A stretch of DNA of 64,000 nt from Nitrospinota bacterium (GCA_027619975.1 JAQCGX010000007.1:22330-86329), one strand, 5' to 3'. Shown: positions 39,315-49,806, counted from the first letter of the stretch. A program made the numbers and translations. Notes: a model not told the origin generated them from the sequence alone.

Positions 39315-39398
39315 ACAAAATGAGTGCCATTATGATGGCTGAACCTGAAAAACAACAATCATCTTTATAATGATTTTTTTGTAGGAGTTATGACTACA
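39315..39398 (-). promoter_or_regulatory. sigma54-like motif plus TGTAG-N9-CTACA palindrome upstream of the response regulator
   Basis: TGGCACTCATTTTGT (39315-39329, - strand) and TGTAGGAGTTATGACTACA (39380-39398). Confidence 0.45.
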
Positions 39399-39434
39399 AT
39401 TCAGGATGCCTGTAGGTAGAAAGGAAGGAATGAT

Positions 39435-40319
39435 TTATTTTTCAATGATTTGAGTTCCCACTCCTTTTTCGGTGAATAATTCCAAAAGCAGAGAATGTTT
39501 AATACGTCCATCAATGATATGGGTTTTAGTTACCCCTCCTTGCAACGCCTCCAGACAGCAGTTGACCTTGGGGAGCATGCCGTCACGAATGACGTTGGTC
39601 TTGATAAGATTCAATGCTTTTTTGCGAGTGAGTTCAGATATCAGAGTTTGATCCTTGTCTTTGACGCCTTCCGTGTCGGTCATCAACACGAGTTTTTCCG
39701 CCTTCAGGGCGGACGCTATACTGGCCGCTACGAAATCCGCGTTGATGTTCAGGGTCTCCTGATTTTCCCCTTTGCCTATCGGGGCGATGACTGGAATAAA
39801 TCCGCCCTTGTCGAGGGTATCGAGAATTTTCGGGTTGACCTGGATAATTTCTCCCACGAGGCCAAGGTCGATGATTTCTGGCCGGTCGGTCTCGGCAGAT
39901 TTTTTAATCTTTCGATGACGCTTGGCGAGGATCAGGTCGCCGTCTTTTCCCGTGATGCCGACGGCCTGTCCTCCGTGGCGGTTGATGAGAGATACGATTT
40001 CTTTATTGACCTTACCCCCCAACACCATTTCCACCACATCGATGGTTTCCTTATTGGTGATTCTCTGCCCCTGAACGAATTCCGACTTGATTCCCAAAGC
40101 ATCCAGCGTTTTGCCGATTTGCGGCCCACCGCCATGCACGACGATGGGATTGATGCCGACATATTTCATCAAAACAATATCGCGGGCAAAGTCCTCCTTC
40201 AAATCATCGGAGACCATTGCATTGCCGCCATATTTAACGACAATGGTTTTGCCGTAAAAAAATTTGATGAAGGGCAGAGCTTCAATCAGGATTTCAGCTT
40301 TTTGGATGCTTTTTTCCAC
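39435..40319 (-). CDS. argB: Acetylglutamate kinase
   Basis: [28 protein letters not shown]. Confidence 0.97.
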   Translation of the reverse strand: MEKSIQKAEILIEALPFIKFFYGKTIVVKYGGNAMVSDDLKEDFARDIVLMKYVGINPIVVHGGGPQIGKTLDALGIKSEFVQGQRITNKETIDVVEMVLGGKVNKEIVSLINRHGGQAVGITGKDGDLILAKRHRKIKKSAETDRPEIIDLGLVGEIIQVNPKILDTLDKGGFIPVIAPIGKGENQETLNINADFVAASIASALKAEKLVLMTDTEGVKDKDQTLISELTRKKALNLIKTNVIRDGMLPKVNCCLEALQGGVTKTHIIDGRIKHSLLLELFTEKGVGTQIIEK

Positions 40320-40330
40320 GGGGGGTCCTT

Positions 40331-41743
40331 TTAGAGAATGAAGCGGCTCAGATCTTCGTTTTCGATAATGTCCTTGAGTTTGTCTTTCACATGCGACGCA
40401 TCGATGGCAATGGTTTTATTCTGGAGGTCGGGAGCGTCGAAAGAAATATCCTCCAATAGCTTTTCCATGATGGTTTGCAGGCGCCGGGCGCCGATGTTTT
40501 CGGTTCGCTCATTGACGGTAGCGGACATGGCCGCGATTTCCTCAATAGCATCCTCCGAAAAGCTGATTTCGATGCCTTCCGTCTTCATAAGTGATACATA
40601 TTGCTTGATCAGGGCATTGTCGGGCTCGGTGAGAATTCTGATGAAATCCGCCTTGTTGAGGGAGTCCAGCTCTACGCGGATCGGAAATCTTCCCTGAAAC
40701 TCCGGGATCAGATCCGAAGGTTTTGCGGCGTGAAAAGCCCCAGCCGATATAAACAGGATGTGATCTGTTTTTACGATTCCGTATTTGGTGTTTACCGAGG
40801 AACCCTCGACAATGGGGAGCAGGTCCCGCTGTACGCCTTCTCGGGAAACATCTGCCCCGCCCTGAGCACCTTGGCGACCAATGATCTTGTCGATTTCATC
40901 GATGAAAATGATGCCGTTTTGCTGAGCCCGCTCCAATGCCTCTTCAGCCAGTTTTTCAGGGTCGATCAGTTTTTCAGCTTCCTCGCGTGCCAGCACCTTG
41001 AATGCTTCCGGGACTTTCAGTTTTTTTCTTTTAGTTTTTTGAGGAAACATAGACCCCAGCATATCCTTAATATTATTGCCCATTTCCTCCATGCCCTGAC
41101 CGGATATCACATCGACCATGGGCGCGGATTTTTCCTGAATGTCAATTTCCACCATTCGGTCATCGAACCGGCCTTCTTTCAGATAACGGGCGAATTTTTC
41201 CCGGGTATTTCCGTGCGATTCATTTTCCCGGTCACGGCTGTTATCGTTCCCCTGGGAAAACGGGCTTCCCGGAGGGGGGGGCAACAATAGGTCGAGCAGA
41301 CGCTCTTCGGCGTGTTCACGGGCTTTATTCTGAACCTCCTCTTCCTTTTCATCACGGACCATGGATCGGCTCAATTCCACAAGGTCCCGAACCATGGACT
41401 CAACGTCGCGTCCCACGTAACCCACTTCCGTGTATTTGGAAGCCTCTACTTTGATGAACGGGGATTTTGCAAGCCGGGCGAGGCGACGGGCGATTTCCGT
41501 TTTACCGACCCCGGTAGGGCCGATCATGAGTATATTTTTAGGTGCGACTTCGTCGCGCATTTCTTTTGATAATTTCAGACGTCGCCACCGGTTCCTGAGG
41601 GCGATGGCAACCGCACGTTTGGCCTTATTCTGGCCAACGATGAATTTATCCAGTTCCTTGACGACTTCTTTAGGAGTCAGGGAAGCCATGAATTCATCTG
41701 GAATTTTTTTATCAGGAACTTTCAGGGAAATACTTTCGTTCAT
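40331..41743 (-). CDS. hslU: ATP-dependent protease ATPase subunit HslU
   Basis: [42 protein letters not shown]. Confidence 0.97.
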   Translation of the reverse strand: MNESISLKVPDKKIPDEFMASLTPKEVVKELDKFIVGQNKAKRAVAIALRNRWRRLKLSKEMRDEVAPKNILMIGPTGVGKTEIARRLARLAKSPFIKVEASKYTEVGYVGRDVESMVRDLVELSRSMVRDEKEEEVQNKAREHAEERLLDLLLPPPPGSPFSQGNDNSRDRENESHGNTREKFARYLKEGRFDDRMVEIDIQEKSAPMVDVISGQGMEEMGNNIKDMLGSMFPQKTKRKKLKVPEAFKVLAREEAEKLIDPEKLAEEALERAQQNGIIFIDEIDKIIGRQGAQGGADVSREGVQRDLLPIVEGSSVNTKYGIVKTDHILFISAGAFHAAKPSDLIPEFQGRFPIRVELDSLNKADFIRILTEPDNALIKQYVSLMKTEGIEISFSEDAIEEIAAMSATVNERTENIGARRLQTIMEKLLEDISFDAPDLQNKTIAIDASHVKDKLKDIIENEDLSRFIL

Positions 41744-41747
41744 AAAA

Positions 41748-42275
41748 CTACAATTCCTCAATCGTTAAATTTGAATTGGTATAAATGCAAATGGACGATG
41801 CAATGCTCATGGCTTCTTCCACAATTTTTCGGGCGTCGAGGTCGGTATTGTCAACAAGGGCTTTGGCGGCGGCCAGGGCATACATGCCTCCAGACCCGAT
41901 CGCTAGAATACCGTCGTCCGGCTCGATCACGTCTCCAGTACCGGAGACGAGAAATGATTTTTCCTTGTCCGCAACGATGAGCATGGCTTCCAGGCGGCGG
42001 AGCATTTTGTCCGTTCTCCAGTCTTTGGCCAGTTCTACAGCCGAGCGCGCCAGATTGCCCTGGAACTTTTCAAGTTTTTCTTCGAATCTCGCAAAAAGGG
42101 AAAAGGCGTCGGCGGTGGAACCCGCAAACCCACCAATGACTTTATCATGGTGCATTCTTCTCACCTTGTTGGCGCTGTGTTTCATTACCGTATTGCCGAG
42201 GGAGACTTGTCCGTCTCCACCCATGGCCACTTTGTTTTTTTGTCTGACACAAAGAATGGTTGTTGCGTGCATCAT
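41748..42275 (-). CDS. hslV: ATP-dependent protease subunit HslV
   Basis: [29 protein letters not shown]. Confidence 0.97.
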   Translation of the reverse strand: MMHATTILCVRQKNKVAMGGDGQVSLGNTVMKHSANKVRRMHHDKVIGGFAGSTADAFSLFARFEEKLEKFQGNLARSAVELAKDWRTDKMLRRLEAMLIVADKEKSFLVSGTGDVIEPDDGILAIGSGGMYALAAAKALVDNTDLDARKIVEEAMSIASSICIYTNSNLTIEEL

Positions 42276-42345
42276 AGGAAATTATGTAAGGAATTTTGTC
42301 TAAAAAAATTAATAAATATCCGCTCCGTGAGCAGACCGCCTGCTG

Positions 42346-43275
42346 TCAGGAGTGCCGGACGGGATTTTTGCCCCGTGCACGGGGATGGGCTTTATCGTAA
42401 GCCTCCGCCAGACGGTCAATGGTGAGGTGCGTGTACTTTTGAGTTGTGGATAAACTCGAATGTCCCAGCATCTCCTGAATGGACCGCAAGTCCGCTCCTG
42501 CATCGAGCATATGGGTGGCGAAGGAGTGTCTCAGCGAATGAGGAGAGATTTTACCGGAAAAGTGGTTCTGTTTGATATATTTTTCTACAATTTTTCGAAC
42601 TCCACGGACGGAGATCCCACCGCCCCGGAAATTCAAGAACAACTCTTCCGGCTTGGGACTCAGGTTGGCAGTTTTCTTCCCGCGAAATTCGATATAGGCC
42701 GCTAGAGCGTCTACCGCTTTTTGACCCATAGGGAGCAATCGTTCCTTTTTACCCTTTCCTCTTACCTTAACCATTCGTTGCGGCAAGTGCAAGTCATCCA
42801 TGCGAATTCCGACCAGTTCGCTGATCCGAACCCCGGTGCTGTAAAATAATTCGAGAATCGCCCGGTCTCTGGAGTCCATAAATGTTTTTCCTTTGGGAAT
42901 CTCCAACAGCCGGAATATTTCGTCTACTGAAAGATAGGAAGGTAATTTGTTCACCTTTTTTGGCGATGGGACCGTTTTAGCCGGATTGGTTTTCAGATGA
43001 CCTTCCCGGCACAGGAACTGGAAAAAAGAGCTTAAAGTGGAAAGTTTTCGGGCCATGGTCGCCCCGGACGCCGAGTTTTCAAAAAGGAAACTCATGAATG
43101 AACGGATAGCCAACCGATCTATTTTAGTCGGGTGAAGGGTCGACTCCCCATGCCCAGACTCATGCAGAAACGCAACGAACTGACCCAAATCCGTGAGGTA
43201 ACTGTTTACTGTATGCACCGAAGCATTTTTTTCCCCAAGGAGATAGGACTTGAAATCCTGAATGTACTTTTCCAA
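42346..43275 (-). CDS. xerC: Tyrosine recombinase XerC
   Basis: RDRAILELFYSTGVRISEL, GKGKKER, HSLRHSFATH, LGHSSLSTTQKY, in the xerC-hslVU context. Confidence 0.9.
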   Translation of the reverse strand: MEKYIQDFKSYLLGEKNASVHTVNSYLTDLGQFVAFLHESGHGESTLHPTKIDRLAIRSFMSFLFENSASGATMARKLSTLSSFFQFLCREGHLKTNPAKTVPSPKKVNKLPSYLSVDEIFRLLEIPKGKTFMDSRDRAILELFYSTGVRISELVGIRMDDLHLPQRMVKVRGKGKKERLLPMGQKAVDALAAYIEFRGKKTANLSPKPEELFLNFRGGGISVRGVRKIVEKYIKQNHFSGKISPHSLRHSFATHMLDAGADLRSIQEMLGHSSLSTTQKYTHLTIDRLAEAYDKAHPRARGKNPVRHS

Positions 43276-43481
43276 TTGACAACCCCTTTATTTTCAATAG
43301 TATCAATCTATATTACCGTAAATTAGAAGTCAAGAGTGTGGCTTTTTGGGTTGGCAGGGGAAAAAATTCGCGGGCATGAATGAAGGGAACGAGAAAATTT
43401 TTTGCAAAGAAATTGAAATCCCTGCATCCTATAGTTCAAAAAGGTATTAGCAAGTAGTTAAAAAATAAAGGAATCTATTTG

Positions 43482-44054
43482 ATGGGAGAAAACTCACTTC
43501 CCCCCGATAATTTTGAGGGGGAAATCAGGCAGGCACGCGAAAACTTTCGCGTCATCACTGAATTGAAGGAAAAACTGGATATTTTGACGGAACACGTAGA
43601 CTCTCGCAAAGAAGCGCTGGAAGAAGAAATCGAGGAAAGTCTGCACGAAGCGATCCGAAATAGTCGGGACAGTCTGGAAAAAATTCAGGAAAATATCGAT
43701 CCCAAGCTGGAGAAGGTCATTCGCGTCAAGCTGGAAGAAATCGACAAGAAAATGAATGTGTGGAAAGAGGAAAGTGTGTTGGCGGTTAAGGATGAAATTC
43801 AAAAAGAAGCGCCGGCATTAACCAAAAAAATCCTCTGGGAGCTGGATCAAATCATCGTTGAAAAGGTGAAACTGGTAAAAAATCAGGTGATGGCTTCTGT
43901 TACGGAAGAAGTAAAACGCGGAGTTCAGGCCGCACTTGAGGAGTTCAAGGAGGACTCGGATAAAAATATGCAACGCATGCGGCTGTTGAGTATTGGGTCT
44001 CTGATTTTGTCCGTTGTGGTTTTGGTGGGTTTCCTTATGTTTGCTTCGCAATGA
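43482..44054 (+). CDS. Hypothetical coiled-coil protein with C-terminal TM anchor
   Basis: E/K-rich helical ORF ending in a hydrophobic helix. Confidence 0.75.
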   Translation: MGENSLPPDNFEGEIRQARENFRVITELKEKLDILTEHVDSRKEALEEEIEESLHEAIRNSRDSLEKIQENIDPKLEKVIRVKLEEIDKKMNVWKEESVLAVKDEIQKEAPALTKKILWELDQIIVEKVKLVKNQVMASVTEEVKRGVQAALEEFKEDSDKNMQRMRLLSIGSLILSVVVLVGFLMFASQ

Positions 44055-44077
44055 TTCTGCATGGATGCTGGGCGGTC

Positions 44078-44257
44078 TCAGGTAATCAGCCAGAACAGAT
44101 AAAAAAATAAAATCCCCGAAAGGATCACCTGCCAGACAAACCCAAACCCCGGTCCTGTGAATAGTATCAAGACCGTGCATACGCAGAGAATGATGAAGGC
44201 CAGAATCAGTCGGGTGCGCTGTTTTAATATGGGGGGTGGTTTTTGGGGCTCTAACAT
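44078..44257 (-). CDS. Small two-TM membrane protein (59 aa), not in the ORF track
   Basis: MLEPQKPPPILKQRTRLILAFIILCVCTVLILFTGPGFGFVWQVILSGILFFYLFWLIT*, starting 11 bp after the upstream ORF on the same strand. Confidence 0.55.
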   Translation of the reverse strand: MLEPQKPPPILKQRTRLILAFIILCVCTVLILFTGPGFGFVWQVILSGILFFYLFWLIT

Positions 44258-44268
44258 GGCACAGCTCT

Positions 44269-44766
44269 TTAAAGGAACAGTTTTTTCATCGTCTCTACAA
44301 GATAAATATCCTCCACCTCTGATCGAATATCCTCTGCTGAAAACTCTATTTCCTCCTCCCGTCCTGTTTCTTCATTGAAGACCAATCTCTCCTTGAATCC
44401 CAGGCGGGGATGAGAACTCAGGAAATCCTGAATTTCTTTTGGGTCGAACACCGCTTTGATTTCGCGAATGAAATTTTTCTGGATTTCGTCCAAACGGTCC
44501 ATCTTTTCAAGAGTGTCTCCGTAATTGGAACTGATGGTCAAGGCGTAATTCAAGCGCAGGGATTTTTCGCCAAGGGAAGCCGGAACTTTTTGGAAAGGAT
44601 CTTTTCCCGGATACAGGAACTTGAGTTTATTCTGGCATTTGGTCAGCTCGTAAAGATTTCGGGAAAATTTGTCCCCGATTAGAAATGCAAGACCTTCAGT
44701 GATTCCTTCCAACTCTGCGATTTTCCTGGCTTCCGCACAGTATGCTTTAATTTGATGGATCCTCAT
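44269..44766 (-). CDS. Hypothetical protein
   Basis: About 165-aa ORF. Start at MRIHQ (alternative TTG at 44787). Confidence 0.7.
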   Translation of the reverse strand: MRIHQIKAYCAEARKIAELEGITEGLAFLIGDKFSRNLYELTKCQNKLKFLYPGKDPFQKVPASLGEKSLRLNYALTISSNYGDTLEKMDRLDEIQKNFIREIKAVFDPKEIQDFLSSHPRLGFKERLVFNEETGREEEIEFSAEDIRSEVEDIYLVETMKKLFL

Positions 44767-44973
44767 GAAAACGGACTTTCCTTTCAAAAAAATAAATTTT
44801 TGGTTTCACCAGGGCATTTGAGAAAAGCCAATTCTGGATTCATCTTATTATTCTTATATTTGAGAAGATGTAAACCGATTTTTGAATTTATTAAAATCCA
44901 GGAAGTCGAAAGCCGGTGAGGAGGGTCTTTTATTGTCCAGGTTCGGTAAATTGCAGGTTGGGGGAGTTTGTTG

Positions 44974-45567
44974 CTAGAGATTTTTGAAAAGATCCCCATA
45001 GTAAAATCGCGCACAAAGGGCGCCAAAATATCGAGTTGAGGAATGCACAAGCCCTTCATTTCCTTTGACGGGCTCGACGTAAATGAATCGCATGCCAGCA
45101 GAAATCGCGCCGCCGTCGGTGATGAAATTATCCCCAACCATGCAGACCTTTGAGGGGTCGTCCAACCCAAGATGTATTTTCATTGCTGTATCAAATCCTC
45201 TGGGATCTGGTTTGGCATAGGCTTCCCGCACCACTTCGATTCCCTGAAATTGCTGGAACAGCTGATTGTCTGAGTTGGTGTAAATAGCAACTTTCAATCC
45301 TTTGCCAGCCATTTCCATGACCTTGTTCACCACACTTTCAAGATAATGCCTTGCGTGGTGCGGACCCAGAGTTCCATCGGCATCCAGCAAAACTCCCTGC
45401 ACCCCATCCTTTAAAAGTGTGTCAATGGGGATGTCTTCAAACCTTCGGACTGCAAGATAGGCCTTCAGGTACTGCGGCTTGAAAGCCAGTAAAAGAAAGC
45501 GCAGGACTTTGGCTGATGTTAATCCCTCTCGGGACCCTGGGTTGTGGACGGGAATGGTTTGGGTCAT
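44974..45567 (-). CDS. HAD-IIIA (YqeG-like) phosphatase
   Basis: LLDADGTL, IYTN, AKP, MVGDNFITDGGA...G. Confidence 0.85.
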   Translation of the reverse strand: MTQTIPVHNPGSREGLTSAKVLRFLLLAFKPQYLKAYLAVRRFEDIPIDTLLKDGVQGVLLDADGTLGPHHARHYLESVVNKVMEMAGKGLKVAIYTNSDNQLFQQFQGIEVVREAYAKPDPRGFDTAMKIHLGLDDPSKVCMVGDNFITDGGAISAGMRFIYVEPVKGNEGLVHSSTRYFGALCARFYYGDLFKNL

Positions 45568-45657
45568 TTAAATGTGTGTTTAATGGCTGGGATCAAAAGC
45601 AAGGGTCTGATTATCGGGTGCAAGGCGAGGAAATACAAATGAAAAATTTTAGTGCCC

Positions 45658-45936
45658 TCAAAGATGCGGGCATTTTTCAATGATGCCGCGAACATCTTCC
45701 AGTTCCTTTAAAGACGGCAGATCTTTATGAATGTCGATAAATTTCAGTTTCAGGCCTAGGTGGTTCAAGGGCATTTGGACGAAGCGGTGGATTCGGGTTT
45801 CCCTTATAATTGGATTCTCTATGCCGTCGTATAAAGCGATGATGGTTCGCGAAAGAGAAAGTTGCTCAGCCGCAACAACTTCTCCGCAAAAGGAAAAAAT
45901 CAGTAAAAATGAGATCAGGATTTTTCTTATTGTCAT
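45658..45936 (-). pseudogene. Truncated exported protein resembling PelA-type polysaccharide-modifying proteins
   Basis: Signal peptide then RTIIALYD...RIHRFVQMPLNHLG...LP...DVRGII, ending abruptly at 92 aa. Confidence 0.45.
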
Positions 45937-46327
45937 AAAAAGCGAGTAATTTCAGTCGGAGTCATGTTGACTAGAATTACATTAAGGGTGACAATGGATG
46001 CCGTAAACTATTTATGCTATTGATTTTAAAGGATAATTGATCTTATTGAAAACTTATTTTTCTCGTAAGTCACTGTAAACTTGTCTCCTCAGGCTCCGTA
46101 AAATTTTACTTTCGAATAAGCGGCGGTTTCTCAGAGGTTTTAAATAATAGGGACCGAAAGGAGGGTTTCTAATTTATTTCCTGCGGGTTTGCAGAATACT
46201 GGCCGAAATACAGTGATTTTTTAGTAGATCGATTGGATTTTCGCAAAAGGGAAGGATAAATTGGGGGGATAGAGGAAGGTGATAGTGCAATAAGGAAAGT
46301 TGGGGAGACCTTGGAACTTTTAAACTT

Positions 46328-47860
46328 TCAGATCATTCCCGCCCGGTCGAGCGTCCGGTATTGAATGGCTTCCGCCACATGGTTGGACTGAATGGTTTTC
46401 TCCCCGGCCATGTCGGCGATGGTGCGGGAAACTTTTAGTATTCGGTCGTGGGCGCGAGCGCTCAAGCCGAGTTTGTCAATGGCCAGGCCCATTATTTTTT
46501 TGGAAGCCTCATCGAGTGCGCAGAAATTTTTAAGCTGATGGGGTTTCATCCCGGCGTTGAAATAATTTTTGGCATCAGTGAAGCGTTGCCATTGAACTTC
46601 CCTTGCCCGCTCCACCCGTTCCCGGATTAAATGGGAAGGTTCGCCTCCCGTTTTGGCGGAAAGGTCTTTGTACTCCAGGGCCGGCACTTCAATGTGGATG
46701 TCTATTCGATCCAGGAGGGGGCCGGATATTTTGGAGACATAATTTTTTATCTGCAAGGGGTTGCAGGTGCATTCCCGTTTCGGGTCCGATTTGTATCCGC
46801 AGGGGCAGGGGTTCATGGCGGCTACCAGAATGAAATTTGCCGGGAAGTTCAGCGATCCCGCCGCCCGGGATATTGAAACCTCTCCCTCTTCCAGCGGTTG
46901 CCTTAGCACCTCCAATACGTTGCGTTTAAATTCAGGCAGTTCGTCCAGAAACAGAACGCCGTTGTGCGCGAGGGAGACTTCTCCCGGCATGGGGTAACGC
47001 CCGCCACCGATCAGCCCTGCGTCTGATACCGTGTGGTGGGGGGAACGGAAAGGTCGTTGCCGCATGAGCCCGGACCCGTTTTTGATCATTCCCAGTACAC
47101 TGTGGATTTTGGTCGTTTCGATGGCCTCTTCCACAGCCAGAGATGGGAGGATCGTGGGAATCCGTTTGGCCAGCATCGACTTGCCACTTCCGGGAGGGCC
47201 AATAAGAAGAATGTTATGCGCTCCAGCGGCGGCGATTTCCAGCGCCCGTTTGACATGCAGTTGACCCTTGACGTCGTTGAAATCCACCTCATAGCGTGAA
47301 AAGTCTTCAAACTCTTCTTTCCGCTTCGATTGCGTGGGCACAATTTCCAATTCGCCGTTAAGGTATTCCAGGGCTTGCGGCAGGGTTTCAACCGGGATCA
47401 CGTTCACTCCCTCGACAACGGAGGCTTCCGCCGCATTGCTGGCAGGAAGAAGGATGCCTTCCATGCCTTGATCCCGTGCCATGGCCGCAAGCGATAGAAT
47501 GCCACGTACCGGTTTGACTCTGCCGTCGAGGGAGAGTTCGCCTAAAATCACAAATTTTTTCAAACGTTCGCTTCGGATCAAACCATTGGCGGCGAGAATG
47601 CCGAGAGCGATGGGAAGATCGAAGGCGGAACCTTCTTTGCGGATATCGGCGGGAGCGAGATTGACGGTGATTTTGTGAAGCGGCAGATCCAGCCCTGTAT
47701 TCTTGATGGCCGCGGTGACCCTGTCACTACTCTCTTTGATCGCCGCATCCGGCAGGCCGACGATGGACATACCGGGAAGACCCGCCGCAAGGTTAACCTC
47801 CACTTCTATCAGATAGCCGTCGATCCCCGACAACGCTCCGCTATGAATCAGTGAAACCAT
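46328..47860 (-). CDS. comM: YifB/ComM Mg-chelatase-like AAA+ ATPase
   Basis: VNLAPADIRKEG, GELSLDG, GPPGSGKS, PFRSPHH, LFLDELPEF, AMNPCPCG, SGPLLDRID. Confidence 0.94.
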   Translation of the reverse strand: MVSLIHSGALSGIDGYLIEVEVNLAAGLPGMSIVGLPDAAIKESSDRVTAAIKNTGLDLPLHKITVNLAPADIRKEGSAFDLPIALGILAANGLIRSERLKKFVILGELSLDGRVKPVRGILSLAAMARDQGMEGILLPASNAAEASVVEGVNVIPVETLPQALEYLNGELEIVPTQSKRKEEFEDFSRYEVDFNDVKGQLHVKRALEIAAAGAHNILLIGPPGSGKSMLAKRIPTILPSLAVEEAIETTKIHSVLGMIKNGSGLMRQRPFRSPHHTVSDAGLIGGGRYPMPGEVSLAHNGVLFLDELPEFKRNVLEVLRQPLEEGEVSISRAAGSLNFPANFILVAAMNPCPCGYKSDPKRECTCNPLQIKNYVSKISGPLLDRIDIHIEVPALEYKDLSAKTGGEPSHLIRERVERAREVQWQRFTDAKNYFNAGMKPHQLKNFCALDEASKKIMGLAIDKLGLSARAHDRILKVSRTIADMAGEKTIQSNHVAEAIQYRTLDRAGMI

Positions 47861-48031
47861 AAGGTCCTTAAAATTTTAAATTGGGGAAATATTTTCAAGG
47901 TTGATTGCCACCTCTATAATGTGATGGTAAAAATAAGATATTTAACAATATTGAGTTATGTTTATAAAAACATTTATTTCAGGCTATTGGCTGGCAATAT
48001 GGCTAGCTTTCGATGGGGCAGGCCAGTTAGG

Positions 48032-48826
48032 CTAAGAAAGCTGATTGGTAAATACTTTCTGTGCCGGGTCCTGCCGATAAAAATTCTGTAAAACCTGATA
48101 AAGTTTTGGATGATAGTGTTTCATGTTTTCGGGTTTACTAAAAAAATGTTCAGTCACCACCGCGAAAAATTCAGCTTCATCCGTTGCCGCATAACTGTCA
48201 AAAAAAGTAGGCTTGCCGTGTTTCACCTTGTCACATAGCTCCAGATACTCTTTGGAACATATTTCACTCCACAGCTGATATTCCTCAGGAGTTGTTAGCG
48301 GGGGAGTGCCGTCTGCACTGCCATCGAGCATGTCCAGTTTATGAGCGAATTCGTGATAGACAACATTATGACCGTGTTCAGGATGCCGGGTTTCTCTTTT
48401 CACCTCATCCCAGACGAGTATCACCGGGCCGTGATAATGGGCTTCACCTAAAATTGGTATCGGGCCACGCACCGGGGTCGTGCGAACTTCAAAAAATCCT
48501 GTTGAACTCTCAGGAGAAAAGATTGTTGTAGGATAAACATAAATGGATTTCACATTGCGGTAATTATCGTTTGGCAACGCGAGTATCAGCAAGCAGGCAT
48601 GGGCGGCGATTAGGACGCGAATCTCATCCGTCAATTTGAGGCTATTACACCCCAACCAATACTTTTCGGCAATAAAGATTTGGATGAGATCCTGCAAGCG
48701 CTTTTTTTCTTCATTATTGAGGTGTTGATAATATTGAATGTTATTTTGAATGTGCCTCTCCCACTCGCTTGGGAAAGGAGCGGCCAGTATTTTTTTTCGC
48801 CGAGCATCACGAAACCAATGCCACAT
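48032..48826 (-). CDS. MtfA-family (M90) zinc peptidase
   Basis: GHNVVYHEFAHKLDM, YAATDEAEFFAV.TE.FF, FYRQDP. Confidence 0.9.
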   Translation of the reverse strand: MWHWFRDARRKKILAAPFPSEWERHIQNNIQYYQHLNNEEKKRLQDLIQIFIAEKYWLGCNSLKLTDEIRVLIAAHACLLILALPNDNYRNVKSIYVYPTTIFSPESSTGFFEVRTTPVRGPIPILGEAHYHGPVILVWDEVKRETRHPEHGHNVVYHEFAHKLDMLDGSADGTPPLTTPEEYQLWSEICSKEYLELCDKVKHGKPTFFDSYAATDEAEFFAVVTEHFFSKPENMKHYHPKLYQVLQNFYRQDPAQKVFTNQLS

Positions 48827-48837
48827 AAAATTTAACC

Positions 48838-48969
48838 TCCTACAATTAAACGCACCGCTTCTACTTTAAATTCTTGCGTCTATTGCCCGCGATTCTTTCC
48901 CCTTTGAACACCTCCAAAAATGATTGTATCCATTACTTTCTTCGTGTCCACTTTTACTGTGAAAGATCA
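48838..48969 (-). mobile_element. IS3-family left end with a decayed orfA start
   Basis: TGATCTTTCACAGTAAAAGTGGACACGAAGAAAG...TACAAT...GGAGGTG, then (AGG for ATG) GKNRGQ*TQEFKVEAVRLIV, typical of an IS3 OrfA N-terminus. Confidence 0.75.
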
Positions 48970-49302
48970 GTTGAAACTCGTGGCAACCGTACAGCACACT
49001 TTGAGGTGGGTCAAGTTTGCAAAAGAGTTTTCAGGAAAACTTTATAACCTGTTCTCTGTAGAAAGATTGACTTGCGGGGTTAACCCCCGATTCATTACAT
49101 GGTAAACAGCTCAGGAATATTCTATTCTCTGGGAAACGACTCATAGAAAATGACCTTCAGTATAAAATTTTTAAGGAAAACAGTGGTCGCTGTACGGCCC
49201 GAAGAACCTGTGAGAAAACGCAACGGGTTTTCAATGAATCCACAGATGTCTATGTATATATTAAATGTTGCACCTTGGAGCAATTCGATTGGCTCTTTGT
49301 AA

Positions 49303-49806
49303 ATGAGAGAATCTAAAATGAAAAGTAAAAACCGAAATACCCGTCTGAAAAGATTCATCAACGATATTTTTATTCACACGCCATTTTTTACAATGCTTTA
49401 TTCCCTGATCATCTTATGGGTTTTATTTTCAGGAGGTGTGTATTTTGCCGAAAGAGAAATGGAAGGGGCCACCATCACCTCTTTTGGCGATGCTCTTTAT
49501 TGGGGGGTCGCTGCATTTTCTACAGCGGGCATTGCTGACACGCCGCAATCCAGCTGGGCCAAGTTAATTGGTGGAATCTGGATTATTATTGGTTCGGGGC
49601 TTTTTTTCGGCACCATCGTCGCAACCATCACCACCTATTTCATGCGGCCAATGCAACGACCGGTAAAAAGAATCATCGACACGATCGAATACAATTTGGA
49701 ACAGCTGGACAACCTGACCATCGAAGAACTCGATCTGTTGAGAGAAACCGTGGACACCCTGATCGAACACGTCGAGAAGATAAAAGGCAAAGAAACGAAA
49801 GAATGA
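49303..49806 (+). CDS. Two-TM potassium-channel family protein with a non-canonical filter
   Basis: TM1, then ITSFGDALYWGVAAFSTAGIADTP, then TM2. Confidence 0.85.
   Translation: MRESKMKSKNRNTRLKRFINDIFIHTPFFTMLYSLIILWVLFSGGVYFAEREMEGATITSFGDALYWGVAAFSTAGIADTPQSSWAKLIGGIWIIIGSGLFFGTIVATITTYFMRPMQRPVKRIIDTIEYNLEQLDNLTIEELDLLRETVDTLIEHVEKIKGKETKE

Noticed and set aside
39495-41290. Long antisense ORFs (e.g. 39495-40334, 40601-41290; likewise 6218-6970, 14449-15249, 50939-51664)
   Set aside because: They are shadows of well-supported genes on the opposite strand, with no recognisable motifs.
42346-43275. Phage or island integrase
   Set aside because: Its size, motifs and xerC-hslV-hslU-argB context indicate the housekeeping Xer recombinase.
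46328-47860. Mobile element inserted in comM (a known hotspot)
   Set aside because: The ORF is intact at 510 aa.
48920-49361. Short ORFs 48920-49105 and 49122-49361, and a possible further IS end near 49005-49030
   Set aside because: The ORFs overlap the IS3 remnant or the channel gene and lack support. The putative IS end has no partner repeat in the window.
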